From assembly GCA_040954595.2 (NCBI GenBank), contig CM082585.2, positions 4,799,358-4,863,357 on the forward strand: 64,000 nt of DNA, written 5' to 3'. Numbering within the stretch: the first letter of the stretch is position 1; every line of letters starts with the position of its first letter. This stretch comes from Balanoglossus misakiensis (taxonomy: Eukaryota; Animalia; Hemichordata). Below, one piece after another: positions 60,498 through 64,000 of the stretch. A program made the position numbers and the translations under genes. The notes under the pieces are model-generated. The model searched no databases and had not been told where the DNA came from. It worked only from the letters and a program-made list of their open reading frames with translations.

Positions 60498-63400
60498 GCT
60501 TTATATGCAACGTGGAGTTTTGCTCTTACGGTTGTGTTAATCGATTTTAACCAAGGAATCATTGTAGAACAAGAAACCACGGATGCTACCTGAAACAAGA
60601 AAATATATCCCAAAGTTGGAGTTACTCTGAAGCTTTAACCGCACGCGGACGGGTAAAATATAAGAAGGGAACGTAAACCGTACTTAAAACAATTACTTTG
60701 GGAGGAGAGGGTCCGAACAAAGGTTGTTTTATCATCACGTAATGTACAATGAACACTCAGTTCAGTTTGAAAGAATACAGGACATTTTATTATTGATTTT
60801 TGACTGCAACTCTAACTTATTAAAATATGTTCCTTTTTAAGTTGATTTCAAAGTAAAGATGCGCATTTACTTTGTGTGGAGTATTTTCAAGGCGACTTAT
60901 GTTTACCACGTCTGACACCTGCGCGTTTGATGTCACCGCGCCTATTTGACTTTGGCCTTCAATTAGTATAAAGTTGGGCGATAGTCTTATCATGCTGTTA
61001 TTGTTGGCTTCGCCAAGTAAGTAAAGGTCAAGTTCACTGTCCAAATCTTTGATCGCATACGTCTAGAATTAACCTACAGGATAGATATTCGTTTTGATTC
61101 TCGTCAACATCAGATATGGCCACCCACGGCGTGTAACATCGGTTTCGACACTGATTTTGGGCACAACGTTCGGTATACACAATTAAGCTTGGGATCAGCT
61201 AAATTGAAACAAGGTAAATGTGCAGAAGGGTTTTAAACAGTCCTGATTGAGCCTAATAGAGAGAATGGCTTCAATTTCGGCAATGAAGGGTACACCGATT
61301 ATGGAGGTAATGTGTTTCCAGCGATCGAAGCGGTTTACGTATCTCTGTACCTGGGGACACAAATGAGTCGAGGGATGACGACGGTTGGTGATTGCATTTA
61401 GTGTAGCACCTGCATAGCCCCCAACAATTACTTGCTATGATAAGGATCTCCCTTAAGATGGGTTAAAATGTTTGTATCGCTGCTTCAATTACAGTCGGTA
61501 ACTGGCAAGTGTGTATTATGGTATGTCATCTCTGTGTGTATCATGAATGTATGTTTCACGATTGCGTTATACTCGCTTAGATACAGAACAGTGTATTGCG
61601 TATGTCATTTCTGTATGTAACTTTTTGTGCCGTATAGCACGACGGGCCAAGTGTTGTGTCAAATGAAAATGCCCCCTCGTATTAACTGCCTAGTAACGCG
61701 AGATCTCGCATGGTCTCGTGGAGTTCGGAAAAAAGTTCAGTGACATGATATCGATAGCTCATGGCATGGTGATCAACATCTCAATCCAAGGTATCTTGTG
61801 TCTTAGATTTTTCTGAAATCAGAGTCACTCTTGTGTCATGAAATATGACTAGGCCTACTGATTAAACATCGTTGCTGGCCGATAATTTTGTAATTTCATG
61901 TGTGGTACCATTCCACAAAAACGTCACAACCGTTTTCGTTCAAATTTGGCAATAAGGATATTGTACTATGACATAGGCTCACGCCAAACTGTGTTGTGAT
62001 ATGACTAATTAAGGCTGTCACTGAAATGGTCATTGTGATTTATTTTCTGATTAACATGTCAGAACCAATTTCATTCAAATAAGGACTATGTGATACATTT
62101 GTAGTCAATTTACTACATGAAAAATTGTAGTTTGGCTGACAGGAGTATTTTGATCTGTTAGGGCATGATGTTTTCTGACCTCAGGGGCAATGTTCTTTTG
62201 CATATATACACACATAGCATGTATGGCACTTTATTAGGCCACAAGTCTATGTTTGCTATTTTAGGATCGACATCTTTCATTAATATTACTTCCCAAATCA
62301 TCCAGCGGGGACTATATCATTGGCAGTGACTTGTTTGCTGCGCCATTAATGCTAAATCCCTCGTGTGAAATATATCGTCGTCATTCACGCATGTCAAACC
62401 ATGCTAGGAATTCCATAAAGTGTTCTTTCGTTTCGGAGTCAAGGTGTTTTTCTTCTGACTGGAACATACAACGTTGACAAGTCTTGGACTAGTTTAATCA
62501 TAGCTTATTGATAACCAGTCAACATAATTTTTGTTGCCGGAAATCCCACCTCTCCAAAGTCTAGAAATGATTTGAATTAGCATTCAAACAAATTTCTTGT
62601 AATTTCGAGGGTGTAACATACATGAAGATTGGCCACGTGAAAAATCCGCTCTTCGTTTTTACAACAAAATTATCATAAGTTAAATGCATCACAATTGTAA
62701 GACGTTTGTGTTACAATGCTCGCCACTGTATTATGGGTAATCGCAGTGACTGAAACAAATTCGGACTTCGAAAACTGATACAATTCATTCTTATACCCAC
62801 AAATTTTATGGCAGGTCGTTTTGCTTCTCCGCTGAGATCGCTATAAGAATGATTCAACTATTGAAGAACAGGTCGTAGAAATCATGCGCGGTAACAGTTC
62901 ATCAATTACGCTCGGGACATGGAATGTTTAGAAACATCAACATCAAATGCCTCATATTAATTCGATGAAACATGGCATATTTAATCAGACTGTCGCTCTC
63001 GATCCAACTTAAGGGACTCGACACTGTAAACTTTATAGAAATATGCTAATGTTAAGGAGCGAATGTCACCATGGTAACGTGAACGCTTGAGCGTTCTCGG
63101 GAAAGATCTCGGGATTTCGAGCAAGACAAGAAAGCCGCGGCGTCGCGTTTCATCGTTACACGCAGAAAGTCAATTTTCCGGATAGTAAAATAAGTAGTAT
63201 TCACTAGACATTAAGTGCATTTCGATTAACGCATTTGTTTTATGGCTCCAATTATCAATATCGGTGAATTTCAGTACACGCCGGTCGCCAGTTGTGGGTT
63301 GTTAAATTTAATGATTGGAATTTTACTGCGTGTTGGCGATGACAGAACCCACACATGCTGATAACACGACACACGTGTCACAGTCAATATGAAATTTGTC

Positions 63401-64000
63401 GACAGCTACGCATGGATTTTGTTGTCATGGTTACTGGATTATCCATTTTCGCAATCGGGGCGTGTTTTATTACGGTAATCATTTCAATGCACGGCTTTGA
63501 ATCTATTATCTATTTACACGTAATAATGGCGTTTATTGTCTTCTAGGGAACAATTTACCAATTTATTAGGTCAGTACGTCGGTTGAATGGAAACTGACTG
63601 AATTGCATAACGTTTCATAGAATTTAGGGTGAACAAAATCATAGTATAGTCTAAGTCTTGCTCCAAGACCATGAAATGGCGGCGCGTCGTTCGCAGTATG
63701 AAAGTTCCATTCCTCATCGACGAGCATACGTCTGATTACATACTTGTACTAATTCATTATTTCTGTATAGTCACCAGAAGGAAATTGTCAATTACCGGAA
63801 ACAAAATGAAACGAATTTGATTGAAATATTTCAAGATTTATTTGTCAACAATAACATTGGCAGTTGTACACATACAGATTATGTTGAATGGCCGAGAACT
63901 GGGTATATTAGCATGCTGTTTGGAGTAGAGCATTTGGTAAAAAGAACAAAAATACCGAAAATAAACCCACGGCTAATGTCCCTTTAATACACGTCGCAAA

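Larger units (their letters stand above)
46160..60560 (+). repeat. Tandem segmental duplication, 3-4 kb units carrying the 10-Cys genes
   Basis: Intergenic, promoter and intron blocks (e.g. gcagctcagatgtggtcaaaacggattcgtt, aacgcttttatagaatatattcatcgacac) recur in each unit. ATG spacings are 3067, 3242, 3379 and 4044 bp. Confidence 0.92.

Noticed and set aside
61300-64000. Possible gene or promoter at the window end (CpG-richer patches, AAATGGCGGC at ~63674)
   Set aside because: No coherent exon chain or recognisable protein, and a single YY1-like motif is insufficient.

Overview
Intron-rich, AT-rich animal genomic DNA, not prokaryotic. Gene content and repeat style suggest a marine invertebrate deuterostome such as a hemichordate, but that is inference. 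I assembled the following genes by hand from GT-AG splice sites, in order: (1) the last 20 exons of a divergent ABCC5/MRP5-like ABC transporter (+, 536-13097); (2) an AP-1 adaptor sigma subunit (-, 17057-21205) with a second, paralogous terminal exon; (3) a divergent Rac-like GTPase (+, 24294-26930); (4) DHRS12 (-, 30054-35501); (5) two tandem NEU1-like sialidases (+, 35931-37534 and 40076-42272) that share an unusual active-site substitution; (6) a tandem array of five intact 4-exon genes (+, 44387-60121) encoding ~195-aa secreted proteins with 10 invariant cysteines. I cannot assign the array proteins to a known family, and the copies look like mosaics of one another; this array is the most novel-looking system in the window. 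Introns and intergenic DNA hold many short non-autonomous DNA transposons (TTAA-, TA- and TAA-target types), one nested hairpin-bearing insertion, and micro/minisatellites. No gene can be supported in the last ~3.4 kb.
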